Shown here: positions 9,397 to 17,395 of the stretch, piece by piece
How positions within the stretch are numbered: position 1 is the stretch's first letter
Layout: each line of letters begins with the position of its first letter
Assembly (NCBI GenBank): GCA_041694815.1
Contig: JBGFSC010000013.1
Span: 1-25,683 of the forward strand
Length of the DNA: 25,683 bases
Direction: 5' to 3'
DNA from: Elusimicrobiota bacterium
GTDB lineage: Bacteria; Elusimicrobiota; Elusimicrobia; UBA1565; JACRDR01
The notes under the pieces: model-generated
The model's database searches: none
Told to the model about the DNA's origin: nothing
Seen by the model: only the letters and a program-made list of their open reading frames with translations
Position numbers and translations under genes: made by a program

Positions 9397-9594
9397 TTAT
9401 TCGGCCGCCTCGTAGCCGGCGCGGATCAGACGCTCCATGTCCGCCATCGTTGCCGGCACCCAAAAGCGGCCGTCGTCTCCCAGGAGGACCGCGACGTGAT
9501 GGGCCTGCCGCGCCGCAGCGCTGCGGGCAAGGCTCCAGTTCTGGAACTTCGCCGCGTCCTTGATGGCCCTCTGGATTCTCGTCTTGTCGCCCAT
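9397..9594 (-). CDS. Small hypothetical protein (65 aa), first gene of the small-gene operon
   Basis: AAGGAGGG RBS before ATG 9594; LGDDGRFWV…ERLIRAGYE. The track ORF is over-extended. Confidence 0.72.
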   Translation of the reverse strand: MGDKTRIQRAIKDAAKFQNWSLARSAAARQAHHVAVLLGDDGRFWVPATMADMERLIRAGYEAAE

Positions 9595-9808
9595 CGTCTC
9601 GCCCTCCTTTTGCCCGATTCCCCGTCGGGCAGGACTGAAGCTACAGCGAGTTCCCGAATTAATCCATAGGCAGGAAGGCCCAAGTTCGGGGCGAAACGGG
9701 CAACGTGTTGCGTATTTCGCCCCAAGATTCGAGGTCTGGAATCGAGCCCTGAGACTCGCGCAAACTCCGGCTAGGGCCCGGCCGCCGCGACGCGCTGCTG
9801 CGCCCGGG

Positions 9809-10000
9809 CTACTTCGGTCGGCGGGAGCGATGGGCCTTTGCCCGAACCCGGCTGATCGCCCGCGCATGGGGCAAGAAGCCGCCCTCCGGCTTGCTACGGA
9901 GGAACCACAGTAAGAAGGCATCCAAGCCGTCCCACGCGATGCGGTTCGCCTTGACCTCGACCGCGAACTCCGTGACCGTGACGTTGCGCCGCCTCGGCAT
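9809..10000 (-). CDS. Small basic hypothetical protein
   Basis: ATG 3 nt after the stop of the upstream gene; GC-biased codons. Confidence 0.5.
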   Translation of the reverse strand: MPRRRNVTVTEFAVEVKANRIAWDGLDAFLLWFLRSKPEGGFLPHARAISRVRAKAHRSRRPK

Positions 10001-10003
10001 ACG

Positions 10004-10291
10004 TTACGCCTTCGTCTCCGTAGCCTTGAGGTAGCCCTCCTTGACCAAGCGCTCGGTGATGCACTCTTCACCGAGCCGATAGAAGCTCACGCCACTGACC
10101 TTCTTGTACTCTTTGGCGGCATCCAGCATCTCCTGGGTCACGCGGATCGCCCGAATGATGTATTTCCCCGTCCGGGTCTCACCTTCGTCAGCCGCAGGCT
10201 TTTGCGCCGCAGGCTGTTCAACCTCCGTCGTTGTCGCCTCCAATTTTGCTGACTTCTGCTTTGCGACTTTCCGACTCTTTTTCTTCGACAT
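10004..10291 (-). CDS. Putative ribbon-helix-helix DNA-binding protein
   Basis: AAGGAG RBS. Disordered N-terminus, then IRAIRVTQEMLDAAKEYKKVSGVSFYRLGEECITERL (strand-helix-GxS-helix). Confidence 0.65.
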   Translation of the reverse strand: MSKKKSRKVAKQKSAKLEATTTEVEQPAAQKPAADEGETRTGKYIIRAIRVTQEMLDAAKEYKKVSGVSFYRLGEECITERLVKEGYLKATETKA

Positions 10292-10368
10292 GTGCGATCT
10301 CCTTTTGCGATATCGACGGACGGTTAATCTGCTCCGTCGGGATCGAAGACAGTACCTTCGTTCCCCCG

Positions 10369-10397
10369 ACGATACAAGCCATTTAGCGAAGCGCCAA
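10369..10397 (-). promoter_or_regulatory. Putative sigma70 promoter for the RHH gene
   Basis: TTGGCG-17 bp-TATCGT on the minus strand. Confidence 0.45.
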
Positions 10398-10466
10398 AAC
10401 GACCCAGTAATTGATGGGGCTCATCGCTCGCGATCTTGGTTTTTGCTAAACTCGGTGTAGTTTATG

Positions 10467-10564
10467 CAGCTCCCAGCTCCCAGCTCCCAGCTCCCAGCTC
10501 CCAGCTCCCAGCTCCCAGCTCCCAGCTCCCAGCTCCCAGCTCCCAGCTCCCAGCTCCCAGCTCC
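10467..10564. repeat. Perfect tandem repeat (CAGCTCC) x14
   Basis: 98 bp counted directly; no mismatches. Confidence 0.98.
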
Positions 10565-10580
10565 TTAGCCGAAGGCTCGT

Positions 10581-10817
10581 GTGAGTCGAAAAGCTGGGAG
10601 CCTCCTCGAGAAGACCCGAAGGGATCTAATTTCTCTCGGGGTATCCGAGGAATTCCACAACGCTAAAATTCTCGCCACCCTGTTCCCTGCCGAGTTCAAG
10701 ATAGAGCAGGCCAACTTTGATCTTGAAACCCTCGCTGAGGTTCTGGTCCATCTGGCGAAGACCGGCATCATCAAGCTTCCTTCAACAGCAGCCGTTAGAC
10801 CGCGGACCGTAGATTAA
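10581..10817 (+). CDS. Small hypothetical protein
   Basis: Protein-like amphipathic sequence; GTG start with weak GAAGG; converges on the next gene with a 23-bp overlap. Confidence 0.5.
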   Translation: MSRKAGSLLEKTRRDLISLGVSEEFHNAKILATLFPAEFKIEQANFDLETLAEVLVHLAKTGIIKLPSTAAVRPRTVD

Positions 10818-11235
10818 AATCGATGCGATGTCCCTTCCGGCGGAGCCAGTAAAGCCTTGCTCGGATGTTTGCCCTAATATCCCGTCCTTTGCAGGCCGCG
10901 CTGGCCTTACGTCGGAGCTCGCGGACAATGCCACGCATGGTCATGCTTCCGGCCAGAAGCATCGCGTCGATCAGTGGGGCCAGGGGTCTGGCCTGCGCGA
11001 GGCTCGTGGAGGCTCTGGCTTTCTTAGATCGCGGAACGTAGGGAGTGGAACGTGTCTCCCACGCGGCCTTGTCGGGATCGAAGGGTTGGAGAGGATAGCT
11101 TGCGGGAACGAGAAGGCGGTTGTCGGAAGCCAGGCCCTGGAGCACGACAGTATCCTGGCGGACCTCGAGAATCTGGATAGGAGTCCCGGTAACGGTGAGG
11201 TGCCGGGTCCCAACCGACGGCTTATTGGCCGGCAT
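10795..11235 (-). CDS. Hypothetical protein: beta-rich N-terminal domain plus HTH-like C-terminal domain
   Basis: C-terminal half aligns by eye with 7860-8150. Start 11235 or 11271 is uncertain. Confidence 0.68.
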   Translation of the reverse strand: MPANKPSVGTRHLTVTGTPIQILEVRQDTVVLQGLASDNRLLVPASYPLQPFDPDKAAWETRSTPYVPRSKKARASTSLAQARPLAPLIDAMLLAGSMTMRGIVRELRRKASAACKGRDIRANIRARLYWLRRKGHRIDFNLRSAV

Positions 11236-11600
11236 ACTCTGCGTTCGCTGCCCCTTTAGGGCAGAGACCATGCATTTTTGTCATTGCTTGCGACCGGTCA
11301 AGCAGGGGGTGGCGGGATTGGAAATCCGGGACTTCGACCTCTGTGGTAATTTCATTCGGTGAGAGAAGAGCGTCATTGACAACGCGCTCGCCGTTTGTGA
11401 TACGGCCCCAGGCGATAGGCCAGGTTAAAGAAAAGTGCGGAAAATGATAGAGTTTTTCCGGGGTTGGAACAGGGGAGGGAATTGGGGATGTGGTAATTTG
11501 CTTTCGCCGTTCCCGCCAGCTTCTCGGACAGCCCAAACAGCAGCACCGCAGACGCGGTATTCGCCTTTGCCATTCTCTCTTTCCACCCCTCAAGGCAAGT

Positions 11601-11629
11601 TGGACTCGAACCGGGAAAAGAGCTACATT
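11601..11629 (+). promoter_or_regulatory. Putative sigma70 promoter
   Basis: TGGACT-17 bp-TACATT, 10 nt before ATG 11640. Confidence 0.5.
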
Positions 11630-11639
11630 TGGCGATTCG

Positions 11640-11897
11640 ATGGCCGACCTCGCTTACGAATCCGAAGGCGCTTGGCCGATCTGGAAATGCGCGGCGCTGG
11701 CCGGCGCGCTCTGCGCGGTACCGCTCCTCCCCTGGCTTTTCGCTGCTCCTGGATCCGCGATCGCGGTATGGGTGCTGTTGGTCGGGCTCTACGTCACGTT
11801 GGTCAAGCTATTCGGCGACGGGTTCGTGCTCGAGGGCGGCGTCGTGGTATTCATCGTCTCGGCGCTCGCGGCGATCGCAAGGAGGCACCTGGGATGA
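11640..11897 (+). CDS. Small membrane protein (about 3 TM, 85 aa)
   Basis: Three hydrophobic stretches; ATGA overlap with the next gene. Confidence 0.7.
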   Translation: MADLAYESEGAWPIWKCAALAGALCAVPLLPWLFAAPGSAIAVWVLLVGLYVTLVKLFGDGFVLEGGVVVFIVSALAAIARRHLG

Positions 11898-12334
11898 CGA
11901 TTGAGAACGAGGACGACCCGTATGCTCAGCCGAGGTTCCGCACGTCGCACAAAGCGACGTCGCCGGACGGCAGACTCACGGCGGAGATCGCGTCGGCCTT
12001 TGAGGTCTCGATGAGCGAGCCGACCTCCGGGACGCTTCGGATCTCCAACGGGCTCGTCGTCGAGAAGTGCAACCCGAGCTTCCTCTGGTCGGACGACTCC
12101 AGGTATCTCGCAGTGCCGCAATGGAAGTACTGGTACGGGCTCCTGCCGGGCCAGCACCTGTTGGTGATCGACGCGTCGGCACGCCGGGCATATCGATCCC
12201 CTTGGCGCTGGGGCGTCTTCCAGCCGGAACGGTTTGCCTCAGGCACGCTCACTGTCATCTTCAGGCCGCATTATAAGCCCGAGCGTATCGATTGGCGCAT
12301 CCCCGACGACCTTGCTTCGTTCGAGCCAGCGTAA
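11894..12334 (+). CDS. Hypothetical beta-rich protein (146 aa)
   Basis: AAGGAGG RBS before ATG 11894; SPDG and WSDDSRYLAVPQW propeller-blade-like motifs. Confidence 0.75.
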   Translation: MTIENEDDPYAQPRFRTSHKATSPDGRLTAEIASAFEVSMSEPTSGTLRISNGLVVEKCNPSFLWSDDSRYLAVPQWKYWYGLLPGQHLLVIDASARRAYRSPWRWGVFQPERFASGTLTVIFRPHYKPERIDWRIPDDLASFEPA

Positions 12335-12350
12335 CGCGTCGCGACACGAT

Positions 12351-12533
12351 CGCCGGCGCGCCAAGCCCAGGCCCGATTCCATCAACACGGGCTGGAGGTT
12401 CGGCGGATTCCGGGCCTACGCGGACTATATGCAGACGCCGCAGTTCGAGACGGCGCTAGGCGAGCTGCTGGCGGCGGCGAATGAAGCGCCCCTTGCCTTC
12501 ATGTGCGCCGAGGCGGTGCCGTGGAAGTGCCAT
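12351..12533 (+). pseudogene. Internal fragment of a DUF488 family gene
   Basis: RPDSINTGWRFGGFRAYADYMQTPQF…MCAEAVPWKCH matches the DUF488 core. No start or N-terminus, and the similarity ends right after CH. Confidence 0.8.
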
Positions 12534-12612
12534 TGCAACCCTGGAACAGCTGCCGAACCGTTTGGTGCCGCAGTCCTATCTGTGGCATAATCGCGGGGCT
12601 TAGATAGATCGA

Positions 12613-13254
12613 ATGAGAAACGACGAGAATTTCATTCCGGCCCTCGGCTGGCGGCGGCTCACGCGCTACTACGACGCGATCAACGCCTGGTTCGTGCCGG
12701 TCGAGGAATTGCACGGAGCCGTGATCGACAACCTTCGCGCCGGCACGGGATCCCGAGTTCTGGATGTCGGCTGCGGCACCGGGACCCTGGCCCTTCGCCT
12801 GGCCCGACAAGTTCCCGGCGTCTCCATCGCCGGGGTCGACGGCGATCCCGAGATACTGGCCCTGGCCGAGGAAAAGCGGCGACGCGAAGGCCTGCCGGTG
12901 ATCTTCCGGGCCGCCATGGCCCAGCGGCTGCCTTTCGAGAAGGGCTGCTTCGACGCGGCGCTCAGCACGCTCGCGTTCCATCACCTGGGCCCCGACGGCA
13001 AGCGCGCCGCGCTGGGAGAGCTTTACCGCGTTCTCAAGCCGGGCGGGCGGCTGCTGATCTTGGATATCGGCCCTCCCGACGGGAAGCCGGCGGCGGTCAT
13101 CACCTTTCTCTTCGGGTTCCTAGAGGACACCGATGAGAACGTGAAGGGAAGGATTCCCATTCTAATGGGCGAGGCGGGCTTCGGTGACATCCGGGAGCCC
13201 TATCGCCGCAACGTGCTCTTCGGTACCTTACGGCTCTATGAAGGACGCCGATAA
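12613..13254 (+). CDS. Class I SAM-dependent methyltransferase (UbiE-like)
   Basis: VLDVGCGTG, LPFEKGCFD, LYRVLKPGG motifs. Confidence 0.93.
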   Translation: MRNDENFIPALGWRRLTRYYDAINAWFVPVEELHGAVIDNLRAGTGSRVLDVGCGTGTLALRLARQVPGVSIAGVDGDPEILALAEEKRRREGLPVIFRAAMAQRLPFEKGCFDAALSTLAFHHLGPDGKRAALGELYRVLKPGGRLLILDIGPPDGKPAAVITFLFGFLEDTDENVKGRIPILMGEAGFGDIREPYRRNVLFGTLRLYEGRR

Positions 13255-13762
13255 CTTGAAGCGCAAACAGAGCCTGCGCCTTTCCGAGATACGCCTCGCC
13301 CGGCCCGGCCCGGGCGATCTCGGCTGGGTCATCGGCCGGCACGGCGAGATCTATCATGAGGAGTTTGGTTGGAACGGCGATTTCGAGGCCTTGGTCGCCT
13401 CGATCGTCGCCGACTTCGCCAAGAAGCACGACCCCAAGCGGGAACGCGCCTGGATCGCCAAGGCCCGCGGGGCGCGCCTGGGCTGCGTGTTCTTAGTCCG
13501 CGGTAACGACGAGACGGCCAAGCTGCGCATCCTGCTCGTAGACCCATCGGCGCGCGGCCTTGGGCTCGGCTCGCGCTTGGTGGAGGAATGCCTGCGCTTC
13601 GCCAAGGCCGCCGGATACAAACGAGTCACCCTTTGGACCAACAGCGTGCTCGTCTCCGCCAGGAAGATTTACGAGGCGGCCGGATTCAAGCTCGACCGCG
13701 AAGAGCGGCATCGCAGCTTCGGCAAGAGCCTAGTGGGCCAATTCTGGTCGAAGAGACTTTAA
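13238..13762 (+). CDS. GNAT N-acetyltransferase (type often fused to MarR; here stand-alone)
   Basis: PGDLGWVIGRHG, LLVDPSARGLGLG, LWTNSVLVSARKIYEAAGF. Start uncertain. Confidence 0.9.
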   Translation: MKDADNLKRKQSLRLSEIRLARPGPGDLGWVIGRHGEIYHEEFGWNGDFEALVASIVADFAKKHDPKRERAWIAKARGARLGCVFLVRGNDETAKLRILLVDPSARGLGLGSRLVEECLRFAKAAGYKRVTLWTNSVLVSARKIYEAAGFKLDREERHRSFGKSLVGQFWSKRL

Positions 13763-13784
13763 TCCCAGCTTCATACCGTCTACA

Positions 13785-13793
13785 TGCTATAAT
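13785..13793 (+). promoter_or_regulatory. Extended -10 promoter, probably leaderless transcript
   Basis: TGcTATAAT 5 nt before GTG 13799. Confidence 0.7.
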
Positions 13794-13798
13794 AAGGG

Positions 13799-15046
13799 GT
13801 GACCTTCCGCGATTTCCCCTTCGACCCGTCCATCCAATCCGGCCTGCGCCGCGTGGGATTCGAGACCCCGACGCCCATCCAGGGCGAGGCCATCGGCCCC
13901 GCCCTGGAGGGCCGCAACGTGCTGGGCTTAGCGCAGACGGGCACCGGCAAGACCGCGGCCTTCGCGCTCCCCATACTCCAGCGCCTGCTCCGCGGGCCCA
14001 AGGGCCGGGTGCGCGCGCTGGTGCTGGCCCCGACGCGCGAGTTGGCCGAGCAGATCCACGAGGCCTTCCGCGACCTGGGACGAGACACCCAGCTGCGCAG
14101 CGCCAGCGTCTACGGAGGCGTCGGGATGCTGGAGCAACGCAAGGCCTTCGCGGGGCGCAGCGAGATCGTCGTCGCCTGCCCCGGGCGCCTGCTCGACCAT
14201 ATGGGCCGACGGCAGGCCGACCTCTCCTCGATCGAGATCCTGGTGTTGGATGAGGCGGACCGGATGCTCGACATGGGTTTTCTGCCGGATATCCGGCGCA
14301 TCCTCGCCCGCCTTCCGGCCGGGCGCCAGACCCTGATGTTTTCCGCCACCATGCCGGCGCCCATCGCCGGCCTCGTGCGCGAATGGATGCGCGATCCCGT
14401 GACCATCGAGGTCGCGCATACCGTGCCTTTGACTACGGTCGCTCACGCCGTATATCCCGTCCGGGATCATCGCAAATCCGCGCTGCTCTTGGCCCTATTG
14501 GATCGCATCGAAGGGGGCTCCATCCTCGTCTTCACCCGGACCAAGCACGGCGCCCATCGCCTGGCCGCGCGCGTGGCCGCCGCGGGGCATTCCTCGGCGC
14601 AGTTGCAGGGCAACCTCTCCCAGGGCCAGCGCCGCCAAGCCTTGGAGGGCTTCCGCAGCGGACGCTACCGGGTCCTGGTCGCCACCGACATCGCCGCGCG
14701 AGGCCTCGATATCTCCGACATCTCGCATGTCATCAACTACGACATGCCCGACACGGTGGAGGCCTACGTCCACCGCATCGGCAGGACGGGCCGGGCCGCC
14801 AAGACCGGCGACGCCTTCACGCTGGTGGCCGGCCAGGATGAACCGATGATCCGCCGGATCGAACGCAGCATGGGCCGGCTCATCGAGCGGCGGACGGTGG
14901 AGGGGTTCGATTACGGGGCGCCCATCGCTCAGGGCCACTCCCGCGTCCCCGCCCCGGCTCCCTCGCCTCTCGTTCGCGCCGTTCTTCCACCGCGCAGCGC
15001 CCGCTGGCCCCAGCGGCGCCTTCGCCGCTGGCGGCGGACCCGCTGA
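13799..15046 (+). CDS. rhlE: DEAD-box RNA helicase (RhlE-like)
   Basis: Q motif PTPIQ, AQTGTGKT, PTRELA, DEAD, SAT, ARGLD, HRIGRTGR. Confidence 0.93.
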   Translation: MTFRDFPFDPSIQSGLRRVGFETPTPIQGEAIGPALEGRNVLGLAQTGTGKTAAFALPILQRLLRGPKGRVRALVLAPTRELAEQIHEAFRDLGRDTQLRSASVYGGVGMLEQRKAFAGRSEIVVACPGRLLDHMGRRQADLSSIEILVLDEADRMLDMGFLPDIRRILARLPAGRQTLMFSATMPAPIAGLVREWMRDPVTIEVAHTVPLTTVAHAVYPVRDHRKSALLLALLDRIEGGSILVFTRTKHGAHRLAARVAAAGHSSAQLQGNLSQGQRRQALEGFRSGRYRVLVATDIAARGLDISDISHVINYDMPDTVEAYVHRIGRTGRAAKTGDAFTLVAGQDEPMIRRIERSMGRLIERRTVEGFDYGAPIAQGHSRVPAPAPSPLVRAVLPPRSARWPQRRLRRWRRTR

Positions 15047-15060
15047 TACGCCTCTGGTCG

Positions 15061-15951
15061 TTGCCCCTGCGCGCCCTGCTCTTCGGCCTGGGCTTGGCCG
15101 CCGCGGCCCTGCCCCGGCCGCTCGAGCTTCGCCTGGGACGCCTCTTCGGCCGCGCCTGCTTGGCGCTCGGCCTCTTCAAGCATCGGGTCGCGAGCCAGAA
15201 CATCGCGCGCTGCTTACCGGATCTCGACGAGGCGCAGCGGCGGCGCCTGCTCGAGGCGAACTTCGAGCATTACGGCGTCCTTTTCTTCGAGTTCCTGCAT
15301 TTCTTCTCTCCGATTCCCAATCACTTCACCCGTTATTCGAGGAAGGTCTCTCGTCTCGAGGGGCTGGAGCATTGGCACAGCGCGGCCGCGAAAGGCAAGG
15401 GCGCCGTCTTCTTCGCCGCCCATCTCGGCTTCTGGGAGATGTCGGGGGCGGCCACCGGATTGGCCGCGCTCGCTCCCACCATCGTGACGACGGTGATCAA
15501 GCCGCGCTGGCTTCACGAGAGGATCAACTCCTGCCGCGCGGCCAACGGAGTCGCCTCGGCCTTCCATCCCGGCTCCATGCCCGCCGTGTTGCGTACCCTC
15601 CGGCGTGGCGGCGCCGTCGGTTTCATGAACGACCAATACGCGCCTCCCCCGATGGGCCTTCCCGTGCTGTTTTTCGGCGTCCGCGTCGACACGCTGGCCG
15701 TCGTCAGCACCCTCGCGCGGCGCACGGGCGCCGCCGTGCTGCCCACGCTTTCCTACCGCGAGCCCGGCGGGGTCACGGTCGTGCGCATCGAGCCCCCGAT
15801 GGAAGAGGCCGCCTTCCAAGGCGACGCGGCGGCCGCCACGCAGGCGGTCGCCACTAGGGTAGAGTCCTGGGTGCGGCGGTACCCGGAGCAATGGCTCTGG
15901 ATCCACCGGCGCTTCAAGAATCTCAAGGACGAAGCCGCGGTCTACGCTTAA
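15061..15951 (+). CDS. Lipid A biosynthesis lauroyl/myristoyl acyltransferase (LpxL/HtrB family)
   Basis: HLGFWE (H-x4-E), NDQ, VLFFG, PEQWLWIHRRFK. Start uncertain. Confidence 0.9.
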   Translation: MPLRALLFGLGLAAAALPRPLELRLGRLFGRACLALGLFKHRVASQNIARCLPDLDEAQRRRLLEANFEHYGVLFFEFLHFFSPIPNHFTRYSRKVSRLEGLEHWHSAAAKGKGAVFFAAHLGFWEMSGAATGLAALAPTIVTTVIKPRWLHERINSCRAANGVASAFHPGSMPAVLRTLRRGGAVGFMNDQYAPPPMGLPVLFFGVRVDTLAVVSTLARRTGAAVLPTLSYREPGGVTVVRIEPPMEEAAFQGDAAAATQAVATRVESWVRRYPEQWLWIHRRFKNLKDEAAVYA

Positions 15952-16917
15952 CTAATCTGAAAGTGCGCCCTTAAGGAAATAAAGGTGTATGCTCTCGTCG
16001 TCGCCGGCGGTCGCCAGGGTCAGTCCGTCCGGGGAAAAGGCCAGGGCGTTGACGGCGGCATAATGGTCGTCGATGACGCCCTTCTCCCGGCCGGTGGCCG
16101 GGTCCCACAGCCGCACCGTCCTGTCCCCGCTGCCCGAGGCCAAGAGTCGCCCTCCCTGGGAAAAAGCGACCGAGCGCACCGAGCCGTCATGATCCTTCAA
16201 GTCGCCCAGGACCCGCCCGGTGGACGCCTCCCACAGGCGCACGGAGCGGTCCTCGCTGCCGGAAGCCAGCAGGCCGGAAGGCGAGAAGGCGATCGAGTTG
16301 ACGAAATCCCGGTGCCCGCTTAAGACCGCCTTCTCGGAAGCCGACTCGATCTCCCACAGACGGACCTTCTTGTCCTCGCCGGCCGATGCCAGCCAACGCC
16401 CGTCGGGAGAGAAGGCGACCGATTCCACGACGGCCTCCTGCCCGCTCAAGGTGCGCTCCAAGCGCTGGTCCTCGACATCCCATATCCGGACCGTCTTGTC
16501 CCAGCTTCCCGAGGCCAAACGCTTGCCGTCGGGAGAGAAGGCGACCGAATTGACGCCCAGCTCATGGCCACGCAGGACGCCTTTCTCCTTGCCCGTTTCC
16601 GCGTCCCAAAGGCGTATGGTCTTATCCCAGCTGGCCGAGGCGAGCAGCGAGCCCCGAGGCGAAAAGGCCACCGCCGCGATGGCCGCCTTATGCCCGCTTA
16701 GCAGCAGGCGCGGCCGCCTCTCGGCGACGTCCCAAACTTGGACGGCGGGGTCTTCCCCGCCGGAAGCCAGGAAACGCCCGTCGGCGGAGAAGGCGAGCGC
16801 GTTGACGACCGAATAGGGATTGAGGACCGAGCGCTGCCCGGGGAAGGGGCCGATGACGCTCACACAGGCTTCCAGCGTCAGGCAGGCGGCGGCGAGCGCT
16901 GCGCCACGGGCGGCCAT
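15952..16917 (-). CDS. WD40 beta-propeller lipoprotein
   Basis: Lipobox-like LEAC; seven GH…VAFSPDG…LASGS.D.TVR.WD repeats. Confidence 0.92.
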   Translation of the reverse strand: MAARGAALAAACLTLEACVSVIGPFPGQRSVLNPYSVVNALAFSADGRFLASGGEDPAVQVWDVAERRPRLLLSGHKAAIAAVAFSPRGSLLASASWDKTIRLWDAETGKEKGVLRGHELGVNSVAFSPDGKRLASGSWDKTVRIWDVEDQRLERTLSGQEAVVESVAFSPDGRWLASAGEDKKVRLWEIESASEKAVLSGHRDFVNSIAFSPSGLLASGSEDRSVRLWEASTGRVLGDLKDHDGSVRSVAFSQGGRLLASGSGDRTVRLWDPATGREKGVIDDHYAAVNALAFSPDGLTLATAGDDESIHLYFLKGALSD

Positions 16918-16944
16918 GGCGTCTAGTATATTAAAAACGGCCCG

Positions 16945-17340
16945 TTATTTCGTATGCCCGTGCTCGGCCTTGGGGCCGCGGCCGTTTTTTCCCTTCGGCG
17001 ATTGCGCGATGGGGGCGGAAGCGGAGGCGGCGCCGAAAGCGATGGAGCGGTTGTCGATGACGGTGTCCGTACGCGGCTCGATGCGGTCCTGGGGCGCCGG
17101 CTGTCCGGAGGCGGCCAGCCTGGAGAGAGCCTCGCTCTCGATGAGGCTCGCGGGGGGCAGCAGCGCCGGCGGCGCGGCGGGCTCGGCGCGATAGCCGGAG
17201 GGGTTGACTCGCCCCACGCGAGGCCCTTCCACCGCGCTCGGCCGGATCCAGCGCCTGGAAGCGGCCCGCCTCTCGGCGCAGAAAGCGTCCGGGGCGGCCA
17301 GCGACAGGAGAACTCCTAAAAAGGCAAGTCGGATTTTCAT
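16945..17340 (-). CDS. Exported low-complexity hypothetical protein
   Basis: GGGAGGAG RBS before ATG 17340; signal peptide MKIRLAFLGVLLSLAAPDAFC. Confidence 0.7.
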   Translation of the reverse strand: MKIRLAFLGVLLSLAAPDAFCAERRAASRRWIRPSAVEGPRVGRVNPSGYRAEPAAPPALLPPASLIESEALSRLAASGQPAPQDRIEPRTDTVIDNRSIAFGAASASAPIAQSPKGKNGRGPKAEHGHTK

Positions 17341-17395
17341 GGGGCTCCTCCCTGCGAAGACTATAGTCACCGCAAGTAACGAAACGGTTACAGGC

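Larger units (their letters stand above)
6600..11300. mobile_element. Probable integrative element or remnant; boundaries approximate
   Basis: Tyrosine recombinase plus a dense, mostly co-oriented string of small hypothetical and DNA-binding genes; composition changes near 6640. No att direct repeats found. Confidence 0.55.

Noticed and set aside
10467..10564. CRISPR array or Chi-site cluster
   Set aside because: There are no spacers and no cas genes; GCTGGGAG matches E. coli Chi at only 6 of 8 positions.
10464..10817. Phase-variable coding fusion of ATG 10464 plus the repeat into ORF 10581
   Set aside because: TAG at 10566 is in the 10581 frame and downstream of the repeat, so no copy number can produce the fusion.
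11593..11614. GGTTCGAGTCC (minus strand) resembling a tRNA T-loop or att remnant
   Set aside because: The T-stem pairs at only 2 bp, there is no CCA or cloverleaf, and a -35/-10 promoter on the plus strand explains the sequence.
11435..12334. 299-aa ORF
   Set aside because: The N-terminal half is not protein-like and overlaps the 11640-11897 membrane gene; the real start is ATG 11894 with AAGGAGG.
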